From positions 17,131 to 81,130 of the IMG/VR virus record IMGVR_UViG_3300005937_000003: a stretch of DNA of 64,000 nucleotides; one strand, given 5' to 3'. This document shows, one piece after another, positions 44,062 to 53,042 of the stretch (within the stretch, counting starts at the first letter, position 1; every line of letters begins with the position of its first letter). This DNA is from a virus. Lineage: Duplodnaviria; Caudoviricetes. The translations under genes and the position numbers were made by a program. The notes beneath the pieces are model-generated. The model had not been told where the DNA came from. It did not search any database and worked only from the letters and a program-made list of their open reading frames with translations.

Positions 44062-44970
44062 CTAGCCGATCTCCGCAAGCATCGCGGGCAGCGTGTCGGT
44101 GTAGTGCTTGGCGCCCTTGGCGTCCTGATGCGCGAACACCGCGTCGCCCTTGTGGATGCGGCACTCAATCAGCCGCCCGTCGGCCAGGCGCACCGCGTAG
44201 TGGTACTCGGCCAGCCAGTCGATCACGCCGCCTGCGGGCGTCTGCTTGCTGAGCTTGTCGGACCACTCGTTCCACACGGCCTCCTCCTCGTCGCTGCCCT
44301 CCAGCGAGGTGGTGACCTGGGCGGGCGTGATCGTGCCCGGGATGCCCGCCGCCTTGAGATCCTCGGTCGTCTCGAAGCGCTCGTCGGCCACCACCTCCAC
44401 CTTGGGCGCCTTGGGCGCCTTGGGCGTGCTGGGCGCGACGGCCACGGTCTTGAGCTTCTTGCCCTTCTTGAGCGCCTGCTTGCGTAGGGCGTTCTTGCCG
44501 TAGCGCTGCTCGAAGATGGTCCTGCAGTTGTCGCAGAACGTCCACGGGCGGTTACGCGCTCGCCAGGCGGGGGCGAAGGTCTTCGAGTACAGGTCGGCCT
44601 CGTGCGTCTCGCACCTGGCCAGCCAGGCCACGTCGCTTACCTCGGGCGGCGCCTGGATGGTGTTGTCGGGATGGTCAAGGTTGTAGATGCTGGTCAGCGA
44701 ATGGACCTTGCGGTTCACGCTGCGCATCGGGCAGGCCACACCAGGCGTCCACGTGTGTGTCGTCAGGCTCGCCTCGTGGGCCTCGGCCAGCGCACCGATG
44801 GGCACGCCAGCGCTCACGGCCTTGGCCAGGCTGACCACGTCACTCGGGTCGATGACCATGCCTGCCGCTTCGGGATGCTGCTCGTTGATGTCGAAGTCGT
44901 CTTCGGGGCTGATCTGCTGGGCGTCGATATCGCCAGCCAGCGTCGGCTCGTCGTCGTTGGTGATCGTCAT
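44062..44970 (-). CDS. Hypothetical early protein
   Basis: ATG after the GGAGGG hairpin leader; CDNC motif. Confidence 0.7.
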   Translation of the reverse strand: MTITNDDEPTLAGDIDAQQISPEDDFDINEQHPEAAGMVIDPSDVVSLAKAVSAGVPIGALAEAHEASLTTHTWTPGVACPMRSVNRKVHSLTSIYNLDHPDNTIQAPPEVSDVAWLARCETHEADLYSKTFAPAWRARNRPWTFCDNCRTIFEQRYGKNALRKQALKKGKKLKTVAVAPSTPKAPKAPKVEVVADERFETTEDLKAAGIPGTITPAQVTTSLEGSDEEEAVWNEWSDKLSKQTPAGGVIDWLAEYHYAVRLADGRLIECRIHKGDAVFAHQDAKGAKHYTDTLPAMLAEIG

Positions 44971-45005
44971 GAGAGTGTCCAGGCCCTCCATCGGCCAGTC
45001 ACGAG

Positions 45006-45049
45006 AAGATACACCCCGTCATCTGCGCTTGTCAACCAATTCGGTGTCA
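45006..45049 (-). promoter_or_regulatory. Promoter E with dyad operator
   Basis: TTGACA-N18-TATCTT; dyad 45030-45049. Confidence 0.75.
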
Positions 45050-45077
45050 CAAGCGTGTAACGGGGCGACCTCGGTTG

Positions 45078-45839
45078 CTAGTTGTCCATGCCCGTCAGGT
45101 CGCGCATGACGTTGATGGACGGGGCCACCCTGTTGAAGTAGGCGCGGCGCTGGGCGGGCGACATGCGGCTGACGTCCTCGGCGCTGACATCCTTGGGGTC
45201 CACCGTGAAGGCCTCGCCCGTCTCCTCGCTGATGATCGTGGTGGGCACGAAGCCGCGCTTGTCGTTGCTGATCATGAGCGTCGCGTCGCCCTGGTGGCGC
45301 ATGCCCGTCCACAGCTTCGAGACGGTCATCGCGCCCGCCTTCTGCTGCTCCAGGGTCTGGCGCCAGATGGTCGTGCCCGCCAGCGTGTCGGTGATGCTGA
45401 CCCACTCCAGCCAGGGCACGGTGCGCTCGACCACGTACCACTCCTGGCGGGCGCGCTCCAGCGCCGCCGCATCGGCCTCGGGCTTGGTGCCGACGCGGGC
45501 CGCCAGGCTGTGCTGCTCGTCGCCAGAAGCGGCCAGCGCCGTCATCCACAGGTCGGTGCTGCCCTGCGCCCTGGCCCAGTCGTACCACGGCTGGACGGCG
45601 TTCTCCTCGGCGTCGATGGCGACCTCGAACAGGATGCGCGTCTTGTCCACGAAGGCCCACTCGTCGCGCATCCTGGCCCAACCCTGGCCAGTGCGCGGGC
45701 TGGTCGTCAGCCACACCACGTCGGGACCAGCGTGGGGCTGTCGGGGATCGAGGCTGACGTTGGATTCGGTCGTCTTCAGGTAGCCCGCAGCCATGATGGC
45801 GGGCAGGTGATACAGGCTGGTCAGATGATAGAGCTTCAC
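45078..45839 (-). CDS. Putative ADP-ribosyltransferase-fold protein
   Basis: LYHLTSLYHLPAIMAAGYL...VVWLTT...EWYV, resembling the H-x-T / L..I...GL / late Glu pattern of DarT/PARP-like ARTs. Confidence 0.55.
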   Translation of the reverse strand: MKLYHLTSLYHLPAIMAAGYLKTTESNVSLDPRQPHAGPDVVWLTTSPRTGQGWARMRDEWAFVDKTRILFEVAIDAEENAVQPWYDWARAQGSTDLWMTALAASGDEQHSLAARVGTKPEADAAALERARQEWYVVERTVPWLEWVSITDTLAGTTIWRQTLEQQKAGAMTVSKLWTGMRHQGDATLMISNDKRGFVPTTIISEETGEAFTVDPKDVSAEDVSRMSPAQRRAYFNRVAPSINVMRDLTGMDN

Positions 45840-46015
45840 GCCCCGCCTCCAGGCAGGCGACGCCACGAGCCGTAGACCCGCAGCGCCGCGATTGCAGTAA
45901 CCAGGCCAGCCAGCAGCGCGGCGGGGATGACCCCGAACGCTGCTGTCAGGCCGAACACGCCCACCCCGAGAAGGGTGATGATGCCGAACAGGGTGAGTTG
46001 CAGGGAGCGGTTCAT
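45836..46015 (-). CDS. Small membrane protein (59 aa)
   Basis: MNRSLQLTLFGIITLLGVGVFGLTAAFGVIPAALLAGLV...; overlaps both neighbours; not in the track. Confidence 0.6.
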   Translation of the reverse strand: MNRSLQLTLFGIITLLGVGVFGLTAAFGVIPAALLAGLVTAIAALRVYGSWRRLPGGGA

Positions 46016-47109
46016 GACCGCTCCTCGCGCACCAGGCTGATGATCTCGGCGCCCTCGGGCGTCTGCGCCAGCGCCGCCTGGGCGGCGTCGATGTAGCTCG
46101 CGGCCTGGACGCGCATGTGCACCTCGGTGCGCACCGTCACGTGCCAGGTGTGCCCGCCAGGCGTGCCGTACATCTTGGCCGCGATGGCACCAGCGACAGG
46201 ATCTCCCACAGGCGCAGGCTCGGGCGTGGGTTCGGCCACGATGGCCTCTGGGGCCTCTACGGGCGCCCTGGCAGCCTCTACGCTCGCCTCGATGGCTGCC
46301 AGGGCCTCCTGCGCGGCCAGGGCCTCCTGGCGCTTCTTGTGGTAGTAGGCGCGAGACTTGGCGCGCTTCTCCTCGTCGGTCATCTTGGGGATGCCGTGCC
46401 TGGCCATGATGGCCACCAGCACCGTGGACTTGACGTGGTAGTCGCGCAGGACGTCTTGGAAGCTGCCCGCCCGGGCGCGCATCAGTTCAACGATCTCGTC
46501 TTCCTGCGGGTGCAGCGGCCCATCGGGGATCGGCTCGCTCGGCACGGGCACACCCTCCTCCACGACTGGGACGGCGGCGGGCAAGACCGCTTCGATCTCG
46601 GCCTGCTCGCGCTTGGCTCGCGCCTCGGCATCCTTCTGGCGCACCGTCTCGTACGGCACGCCGAACTTCTCGATGATCTGCGCCAGGACGCGGCCCTGGA
46701 CGTGGTAGTCGCGCTGGACGTCGTGAAACTTGGCGCCATCGCGGATGGCCTGCGCAATCGCCTCCTCCTCGGCGTGCAGGCGCCCGCTGGCAGCCAGGCT
46801 GGCCTGGTCGGCCAGCACTTGATCAACTGCGGTAGTCACGGGATCGGGGGTTCCTTCCTTTCCGTTCTGTGTTGCGCGCATCCAATCGCGCTTGGTGTTG
46901 GGGCGGTAGTTGCGAAGAAACTCGGCGTAGTCCAGGCGGTTCTTGAGGCCTCCCTTGCGGTGACGCGGACCCGTGCCCGCGCCCTCGCGAATGGTTCGGT
47001 AGTAGACGGCGGTCGGGGTGACGCGACGCACCTCGACCAGCGCGCCTGGGTGGTTGCCGCGCACACTCACCCACTGAGTGGACGGTACGACTCGTAGGCC
47101 TTCTGACAT
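46012..47109 (-). CDS. Hypothetical protein with two internal HTH-like repeats
   Basis: FHDVQRDYHVQGRVLAQII and FQDVLRDYHVKSTVLVAIM repeated. Confidence 0.65.
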   Translation of the reverse strand: MSEGLRVVPSTQWVSVRGNHPGALVEVRRVTPTAVYYRTIREGAGTGPRHRKGGLKNRLDYAEFLRNYRPNTKRDWMRATQNGKEGTPDPVTTAVDQVLADQASLAASGRLHAEEEAIAQAIRDGAKFHDVQRDYHVQGRVLAQIIEKFGVPYETVRQKDAEARAKREQAEIEAVLPAAVPVVEEGVPVPSEPIPDGPLHPQEDEIVELMRARAGSFQDVLRDYHVKSTVLVAIMARHGIPKMTDEEKRAKSRAYYHKKRQEALAAQEALAAIEASVEAARAPVEAPEAIVAEPTPEPAPVGDPVAGAIAAKMYGTPGGHTWHVTVRTEVHMRVQAASYIDAAQAALAQTPEGAEIISLVREERS

Positions 47110-47141
47110 GCTGCTGGCTCAATCCTTGGGACGGCGGCGGG

Positions 47142-47402
47142 TCACCAGACCCGCTCGCCTGCCTTCCAGCCTGCGACCTGCAGGCCGCCGCGCTGCGCCA
47201 GGTCCACCACCGCGTACATCGCCAGGCCCGTGAGGGCCATCGGGCGGCGCGGCGCGAACGTGACGTCAGCCCAGACCATCTGGGTGCTGCTGCTGTCCGT
47301 CTCGTGCTCCTGCCAGCGGTACAGCGCCACCTGGCGGTGCTCGTCGCTGATCTCGATGGTGTCGGCCATGACGATCAGCGAGGCGGGCGAGATGGTGGCC
47401 AT
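47142..47402 (-). CDS. Hypothetical protein
   Basis: TGATG overlap. Confidence 0.55.
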   Translation of the reverse strand: MATISPASLIVMADTIEISDEHRQVALYRWQEHETDSSSTQMVWADVTFAPRRPMALTGLAMYAVVDLAQRGGLQVAGWKAGERVW

Positions 47403-47935
47403 CAGGCCACCCCCGCCAGCAGGTGCTTGAGCACGTCGAGCGCTCGCAGCGCCTCGTCGCGGCCGAGAGGCGCGCCCGGGTAGGCGGTGTTGTAGTCGTC
47501 GGTGGCGATGACCTTGGCCAGCGCGTACACCAGCTTCTCGCGTGGCAGCCCGCTGTCGAGCGCTGCGTTGAGCTTGGCCACCATGTCGGTGACCGCCACG
47601 GCCTGGTCGATCTTCTGCTGGCCAGCCAGGCTGGCGCGCTTGCGGTTTAGTGCCGCCTCGACGTCGGCCTCGGTGACGCCCGCGTCGAACTGGTAGCTGT
47701 CTACGCTGCTCGAACCCATGACGGGCACCTCGCGGCCGTCCATCGCATCCTCCGCGAAGGCCAGCGCCTCGACGTAGTCGGTGGCGAAGTCGCCCGTGTT
47801 GAACGTGCGCGCCTGGCGGCCCTGCGAGCCGTACTCGACGTCGAGCTTGACGCCGCTGTAGCTGGCCCTGGTGAAGGCCTGGTCCAGGCCCTCGGTGTAC
47901 GCGACGCTCATGTAGAAGTAGGTCGGTTGGTTCAC
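47402..47935 (-). CDS. Hypothetical early protein
   Basis: GTG after the GGAGGG hairpin leader of promoter F. Confidence 0.65.
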   Translation of the reverse strand: MNQPTYFYMSVAYTEGLDQAFTRASYSGVKLDVEYGSQGRQARTFNTGDFATDYVEALAFAEDAMDGREVPVMGSSSVDSYQFDAGVTEADVEAALNRKRASLAGQQKIDQAVAVTDMVAKLNAALDSGLPREKLVYALAKVIATDDYNTAYPGAPLGRDEALRALDVLKHLLAGVA

Positions 47936-47965
47936 GATCTCGGCCCTCCATCGGCCGACAGGATG

Positions 47966-48008
47966 AATATACGCGCCAAGCTCCCCGTTGTCAACATATT
48001 CGGTGACA
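47966..48008 (-). promoter_or_regulatory. Promoter F with dyad operator
   Basis: TTGACA-N17-TATATT; dyad 47989-48008. Confidence 0.82.
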
Positions 48009-48031
48009 TTGGTGGCCATCAAAAGTAGCCC

Positions 48032-48655
48032 TTACAAAACTGTGACGGGGCGCCTGGCGCGCTTGACGGTGAGCGACACTGGCGGGAGTCCCTGCTGGTG
48101 CCGCAGCCAGACCTGCAGCGCCTGGGTGAGCGTGACGGCCTCGATGACCACGCTGGTGGTGAGGGTGCCGTCCTGGCCGTGGGCCTCGATGCGCCACAGC
48201 TTCTTGGGGGCGGGCAGCGGCTGCAGGTCGCGCAGTTTGAGCGGCGGGCCGACCTTCACGCGCTTGGCGGCGTAGCAGGTCCGCAGCAGCGTCTGAGGGG
48301 CCTCGCCCATGACGTGCCCGACCAGTTCGAGCATGCGCCTGGCGAAGTCCGCGCCGTGCGCCTCCTCGCTCGACGGCCCCAGCGCGTGGGCTAGCTCGTG
48401 GCAGATGGTGATCTCGTTCCTGGCCCACTTGGGCAGCGTGATCCAGCCGTTGGACGAACCTGCCGCCTTCGAGCGCCCGCGCCCGTCGCGTACCTCGATC
48501 TTGCGGTTGCCGAATCGGCGCCGCGTCCAGGCCTCGGCCAGCAGGTGGTCCACGAACGCCTGGACGGCGGGCACGCCCTCGAACTTTGCGCCGTCGCTGA
48601 GCGCCGCCTCGGCTGCGTAGACCTTCGAGCGCTGCGCGTCGCGAGGACGGCTCAC
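48032..48655 (-). CDS. HExxH metallohydrolase (Rv0185/TIGR04338-like)
   Basis: RDAQRSKVYAAE...ICHELAH...HGADF. Confidence 0.78.
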   Translation of the reverse strand: MSRPRDAQRSKVYAAEAALSDGAKFEGVPAVQAFVDHLLAEAWTRRRFGNRKIEVRDGRGRSKAAGSSNGWITLPKWARNEITICHELAHALGPSSEEAHGADFARRMLELVGHVMGEAPQTLLRTCYAAKRVKVGPPLKLRDLQPLPAPKKLWRIEAHGQDGTLTTSVVIEAVTLTQALQVWLRHQQGLPPVSLTVKRARRPVTVL

Positions 48656-49113
48656 GGCTCGATCCTCACGAACGTGCCGCCCGCCTCGTGCCACCGTCCG
48701 TCATCGGCATCCCAGATCCTGTGCAGGACGAGCGCCTCGTCGTACCAGTAATCCACGAGCGTGCCCGACTGGATGCGGTGTGTCATCTGCGCCGCCGCGA
48801 CGATCTCGGCTTCTGCAAGCGCGGCGTTCTCCTCGGGTGTTGGTTCTGGCCGCAGCGGGCCGCTGAGGATGATCGTCGGCGCGCCAGATAGCGTCGGCGC
48901 ACCTGGGTTCGTGCGCGGCTGAGCCAGGATTGCTGCCAACGCCGCGTCGGCTTTGGCCTTCTCAGCGGCTGCCACGGCGGCCTTCTCAGCGTCGTGGCGG
49001 GCCAGGATCTCGGCCATCGTCTCGGCGCGAGCGGGCTGTGGCGCCACCAGCGCTACGGCCGCAGCGGCGCCAGTCACGGCGGCCGCCAGGCGGATCGTTT
49101 GAAGTAGCTTCAT
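48652..49113 (-). CDS. Secreted or lipoprotein-like hypothetical protein
   Basis: Signal peptide MKLLQTIRLAAAVTGAAAAVALVAPQPARA; AAGGAG RBS. Confidence 0.6.
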   Translation of the reverse strand: MKLLQTIRLAAAVTGAAAAVALVAPQPARAETMAEILARHDAEKAAVAAAEKAKADAALAAILAQPRTNPGAPTLSGAPTIILSGPLRPEPTPEENAALAEAEIVAAAQMTHRIQSGTLVDYWYDEALVLHRIWDADDGRWHEAGGTFVRIEP

Positions 49114-49253
49114 CGGTTCTTCTCCTTGGGTTGCTGGCGGATCGAGCGACCCGCCGAGTAGTGCGAGTTGCACATCGTCCAGCCGCGCCTGGCTGGGCGC
49201 GGGCACTGGCCGTCCGCGAAGCGCGGATGCTTGAAGTCGCAGCGGCGGGACAT
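49110..49253 (-). CDS. Small Cys/His protein
   Basis: MSRRCDFKH...QCPRPA...MCNSH; overlaps both neighbours. Confidence 0.5.
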   Translation of the reverse strand: MSRRCDFKHPRFADGQCPRPARRGWTMCNSHYSAGRSIRQQPKEKNR

Positions 49254-50344
49254 CAGTTGCCCGCCGCGACGTCGTTAGCCAGGTCGGCCGCAGCCGCCAG
49301 GTCGTCGGCCCAGTCGCTGGCCTGGATGGGGCGCAGGACCAGGCCCGCGCCCGTGATGACCGCACCGTCCGTGTCGTGCTGCAGGTCGTAGTCGGCCTTG
49401 ATGGCCTGGGCGGCCACGGGGGCCGCCTGGAAGGCCTTCAGCGCGTTCTTGGCGGCTCGGAAGGCCTCCCAGGCCTCGTCCTCGTCCTCCTCGCTGGCGG
49501 CTGCGAAAGCGGCCTTGGCGGCGTTGACGGCGGCGATCAGGTCGTCCTCGGTCGGGCCAGCAGGCGCCGCAGGCGTCTCGACCACCTCGGGGGTGGGGGC
49601 CTCAGCGAGGCCCTCCTTGGCCAGCAGCACCTTGGCGGGTACTGCCTTGGCGCCCCACGGCAGGTCGTGCTTCTTGGCGCACGTCGGGCCGTAGCCGACC
49701 GTCAAGCTCTCGACCGTGTCGAGTTCCAGGCCGCAGAAGCCGCACTCGCCGCCCTCCATCGCGTAGGCGAGGATGTAGACGAGGTCGTCGTCGGCGTTCT
49801 GGAGCGTCTCCAGGGCGTCCAGCACGCGGTGGGCGAGGATCGTGTTGACCTTCTTGAAGATGTTGACCGTGCCCTGCGGGTCGGCCTTGCCAACCGTCGT
49901 CCAGCCCTCGGCCGTCCGCGTCGAGATCTTGCGCGTGCCCTTGGGGGCGTCGGTCCACATCGTAGGGATCGAGAGGCGAACGGCGATGCTCGTGCCGTCA
50001 GCGGCCACCACGCGGAAGCGGGCCGTGCGCACCTGGCTGATGTTGGCGCCAGCGACTGGCAGCGTCTCGGCCTTGGGCGCCGCAGGCTTGGCCTCGGCGC
50101 GGACCACGTTCAGGACACCCTTGGCCTGGCCGACGCTCAGGCCCTTCTTCGAGCCAGCGCGGACCTTCATGTCGGCCATGAAGTTGATGGCCCAGTGGCC
50201 AGCCTTGGGCGCGACCCAGCTTAGTGCGACTGTGCGAGCGGCGGACTCCAGGCTCGGAGTGAGATCCTCGATCTCGAACTTGCGGCCAGCGATCTGATTG
50301 TCAACGATGAAGGCCTCGGCGGCCTGGCGGTCAATGAATTGCAT
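49253..50344 (-). CDS. DUF6011-like Zn-finger protein, leaderless
   Basis: CGFCGLELDTVESLTVGYGPTCAK; ATG 6 nt after the -10 of promoter G. Confidence 0.75.
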   Translation of the reverse strand: MQFIDRQAAEAFIVDNQIAGRKFEIEDLTPSLESAARTVALSWVAPKAGHWAINFMADMKVRAGSKKGLSVGQAKGVLNVVRAEAKPAAPKAETLPVAGANISQVRTARFRVVAADGTSIAVRLSIPTMWTDAPKGTRKISTRTAEGWTTVGKADPQGTVNIFKKVNTILAHRVLDALETLQNADDDLVYILAYAMEGGECGFCGLELDTVESLTVGYGPTCAKKHDLPWGAKAVPAKVLLAKEGLAEAPTPEVVETPAAPAGPTEDDLIAAVNAAKAAFAAASEEDEDEAWEAFRAAKNALKAFQAAPVAAQAIKADYDLQHDTDGAVITGAGLVLRPIQASDWADDLAAAADLANDVAAGN

Positions 50345-50350
50345 GGGATG

Positions 50351-50429
50351 AATATATGCGCCAAGCGTATTGTTGTCAACCTTTTCGGTGACAGGGAGTG
50401 TTAGATCTTTGTAAACGTTCACGGTGACA
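50351..50429 (-). promoter_or_regulatory. Promoter G with tandem dyad operators
   Basis: TTGACA-N17-TATATT; dyads 50374-50393 and 50410-50429. Confidence 0.82.
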
Positions 50430-50431
50430 GC

Positions 50432-51250
50432 CTAGCGCTGCCAGTAGGGGGTCGAGGCCGTCTTGCGGATCTGCCGTGCAGGCGGCGTCCACGAGCGGAT
50501 CGTGTCGCGACGCGGGCGGCCATACAACTGGTCGAGGAACTGACGCCTGGCCATCGTGCGGCCCGTGCGTTCCCAGCGGTTGGCGTAGTCCTCCTCGCGC
50601 TGCTGGGTGCTGCACCACGTCGAGCAGAAGCGGTCGCCGTGCACCAGCACCTGGCCACACCAGATGCAGTTCCAGGCGGGCAGGCGACGGCCGACCTCGA
50701 AGGTGAAGTCCTCCTCGGCCATCGCGTCGGCCTGCTCCTCGGCGTCGAGCGCGGCGCGCATCGCCTTGGTGCCCTTGGCGCTTTTGATGACGGTGCCGTC
50801 GGGCCGCGTGTACGTGACGGGCGTGGCGCCCAGTTCGAGCAGCCGTTCGGTGCGCGTTTTGACACCAGTTTCTGGCGTTTTTGGTATTGACGGCGCGGCC
50901 AGCGGGCCTGTAGGCAGCGGCAGCGGCTCGATGATCTCGTCCGCGACGGGGCGGCCAGGCTTGCCAGGCGTCCTGGGCGGCAGCGGCCCTTGCGGCAGAC
51001 GCGGGCGACGGCCTCGACCGCGCTTGCGGCCTTGCCCGACGAGCCAGGCGCGGCAGTCGTCGCAGCCCGCCTCGGCCATGATCTGGTAGCTCGTGGCAGC
51101 CGTCGTGGACCAGTACCACTCGGCGCCGCACGCCGTGAGCGCCCGCCCCGACGGCCACATGGTGTCGGTCGGCAGCCACACGTGCCAGCGGCCCCAGCGG
51201 TCGTCGGTGACCCACACGGGCACCTTGGGCTGGCGTGGCAAGCCCGTCAT
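50432..51250 (-). CDS. Hypothetical protein with Cys motifs
   Basis: GAGGAGG RBS; CDDC, CIWC...CSTWC. Confidence 0.6.
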   Translation of the reverse strand: MTGLPRQPKVPVWVTDDRWGRWHVWLPTDTMWPSGRALTACGAEWYWSTTAATSYQIMAEAGCDDCRAWLVGQGRKRGRGRRPRLPQGPLPPRTPGKPGRPVADEIIEPLPLPTGPLAAPSIPKTPETGVKTRTERLLELGATPVTYTRPDGTVIKSAKGTKAMRAALDAEEQADAMAEEDFTFEVGRRLPAWNCIWCGQVLVHGDRFCSTWCSTQQREEDYANRWERTGRTMARRQFLDQLYGRPRRDTIRSWTPPARQIRKTASTPYWQR

Positions 51251-51278
51251 GATGTGCAGCACGCTGTCCACGACGCTG

Positions 51279-51692
51279 TCAGCGACGGAGTCCACGGCCA
51301 CCATCCTCCTCGATCTGCTGGCGCCCCAGGCGAGCGTCCTCCTGTGTCCAGGCGCGCCCGTAGCGCTTCTGGCGGCACGACAGCGCGGCCAGCACGACCA
51401 TGTCGGTGGTCTGCAGCACGAAGTCCTGATCGGTGGGGCTGAGCGCGTTCCAGGCCAGGTCGAAGTCGCGCTTGAGCGCCTCGCGACGGCGGGCCAGGAT
51501 CGGCTGCTGGGTGTCGGCCAGCACATCGTGCTTGCAGCGCGAGCACAGGCCCCACTCCTCGTCGTCGGCGTAATGGTGCGGCTCGTCACCGACCACCACC
51601 GTGAAGTGGTTGGTCCTGATCACCCAGGTCAGGTCGGTGCCAAGCTCGCACAGGTCGCAGGCAAGTCCAGTTCTCACGGTTCTCTCCTTCAC
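51279..51692 (-). CDS. Zn-finger-like protein
   Basis: CDLC and CSRC; GTGA overlap. Confidence 0.6.
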   Translation of the reverse strand: MKERTVRTGLACDLCELGTDLTWVIRTNHFTVVVGDEPHHYADDEEWGLCSRCKHDVLADTQQPILARRREALKRDFDLAWNALSPTDQDFVLQTTDMVVLAALSCRQKRYGRAWTQEDARLGRQQIEEDGGRGLRR

Positions 51693-52456
51693 AGCCACGC
51701 CAGCATCTGGCGGCCGATGTACTGGCAGTACGCGGGCGGGATGGCCTCGGCCAGTTCGTGGCGGTTCTTGGCCCACGGCATGCCCATCGCGAAGCGCCAG
51801 GCGTTCAGGCTCGAATTGCCCTTGGCGTTGTCGCCGCCGTGGCCCGCCACGGTGATGTAGTCGCCACCTCGGATGGTGCCCGTGTGCGACTGGTGCTTGA
51901 GCGGGCTGACCATCTCGCCCACCTCGAAGGTGCGGTGGCGCAGCAGCGGTAGGCCGAACTGGGTGCCGCACAGGGTGATCGGCCGCTGGACGGGCAAGAC
52001 CATCTGCTCGGGCGTGCCGTCGAACTCGCGACCCAGGTCGGTGCCGTAGGTGTTGACCACCAGCAGCGGGTGGCGGTAGTCGCGCTCGGCGCGTGGCACG
52101 TTCTCCATGACCAGCGGCATGCCGTACTCGGAGCAGATCTCGCGAGCGACGGGGATCAGGTCGGTGCGATACCAGTCCTCGGCCTTGGCCACCTTGGCCC
52201 AGGTCGGCGTGGCGATGCTGTAGCCCTGGCACGGGAAGCTGGCGTGCACCGCGTCGAACTCGTGGATGTGCTCGGCCAGGTACTCGATGGCGTCGGCCTG
52301 CACGAAGGTGGTGCCGCCGTAGTTCGGCTGGGGCTTGAGATCGACGCCCACGACGTCCCAGCCAGCGCGCATGTAGCCGACTGAGGCGCCGCCGACGCCG
52401 CAGCACAGATCGAGCAGGCGCGGCCTGGTGCTGAAGTCGTAGGTGACTTGATTCAT
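51689..52456 (-). CDS. DNA cytosine-C5 methyltransferase (short phage type)
   Basis: LDLCCGVGG (motif I), SFPCQ (IV), MENV (VI), CGTQFGL..RHR (VIII). Confidence 0.85.
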   Translation of the reverse strand: MNQVTYDFSTRPRLLDLCCGVGGASVGYMRAGWDVVGVDLKPQPNYGGTTFVQADAIEYLAEHIHEFDAVHASFPCQGYSIATPTWAKVAKAEDWYRTDLIPVAREICSEYGMPLVMENVPRAERDYRHPLLVVNTYGTDLGREFDGTPEQMVLPVQRPITLCGTQFGLPLLRHRTFEVGEMVSPLKHQSHTGTIRGGDYITVAGHGGDNAKGNSSLNAWRFAMGMPWAKNRHELAEAIPPAYCQYIGRQMLAWL

Positions 52457-52465
52457 GGTGCCAAC

Positions 52466-52508
52466 AATATATGCGCCAAGCGTATTGTTGTCAACTATTT
52501 CGGTGACA
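52466..52508 (-). promoter_or_regulatory. Promoter H with dyad operator
   Basis: TTGACA-N17-TATATT; dyad 52489-52508; 30 bp identical to promoter G. Confidence 0.82.
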
Positions 52509-52623
52509 AGGTGGGCGTCACAATCGCGTAACGCGGCACACGTCCTGCGGCCACAGATGTGTAGGTCTGCACCTGCCCAGGCGGGAGCACGCCTACTAGC
52601 CTGACACCCTGGAGGGACGCCCC

Positions 52624-52833
52624 ATGACCACGTTTGCTGATCTGCGCAAGACCAGCCCACAGATTCAGGACCAGTACCAGCGGTTCGTGACCCAGCAGAA
52701 CGGCGGGCGCAGCCAGCCCGACTGGAATGCCTTCCGCCAGTACCAGAAGTCACAGGGTCAGCCCGATCCTGGCGCCGACGAGCCGACCGACCTGCAGCAG
52801 ATCCACCAGCAGGCGTCGAGCAGCCAGCGCTAA
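52624..52833 (+). CDS. Counter-oriented Gln-rich protein (69 aa)
   Basis: GGAGGG RBS; fills an otherwise empty gap; followed by a terminator hairpin. Confidence 0.7.
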   Translation: MTTFADLRKTSPQIQDQYQRFVTQQNGGRSQPDWNAFRQYQKSQGQPDPGADEPTDLQQIHQQASSSQR

Positions 52834-52834
52834 C

Positions 52835-52858
52835 AAAAAAGGCCCCCGTCGGGGGCCT
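52835..52858 (-). terminator. Terminator between convergent genes
   Basis: AGGCCCCC-GTC-GGGGGCCT; six T on the minus strand. Confidence 0.75.
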
Positions 52859-53042
52859 ACTCGACGCACTTCCATGTGCGCTGATCTTCGCCTGGTGGGA
52901 GCCAGGTTTTATAGCTCGGGCCGCTGCACTTGACCTGGCACGTCAGGTTGCCGAAGCCGTCGAGCAGGGTGCCGCAGGCCCCGCACGCCTCGCGGTGCAT
53001 GTGGCCAGGCTGGCCGTGGATGCGGCACCAGTCGCGCTTCAC
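52857..53042 (-). CDS. Cys-rich small protein
   Basis: CRIHG, CGAC; GTGA overlap. Confidence 0.55.
   Translation of the reverse strand: MKRDWCRIHGQPGHMHREACGACGTLLDGFGNLTCQVKCSGPSYKTWLPPGEDQRTWKCVE

Noticed and set aside
48028-48047. Possible extra dyad upstream of promoter F; also TGTCAC half-sites near 7079 and 43952
   Set aside because: Only one arm matches, so these were not counted among the 16 sites
29833-52753. Recurring N-terminal peptide (VD...LGAYI) in track ORFs 29833, 47402, 49253 and 51689
   Set aside because: It is the translated promoter repeat (GTTGACA...TTGGCGC.TATATT), not a protein motif; the true starts are downstream
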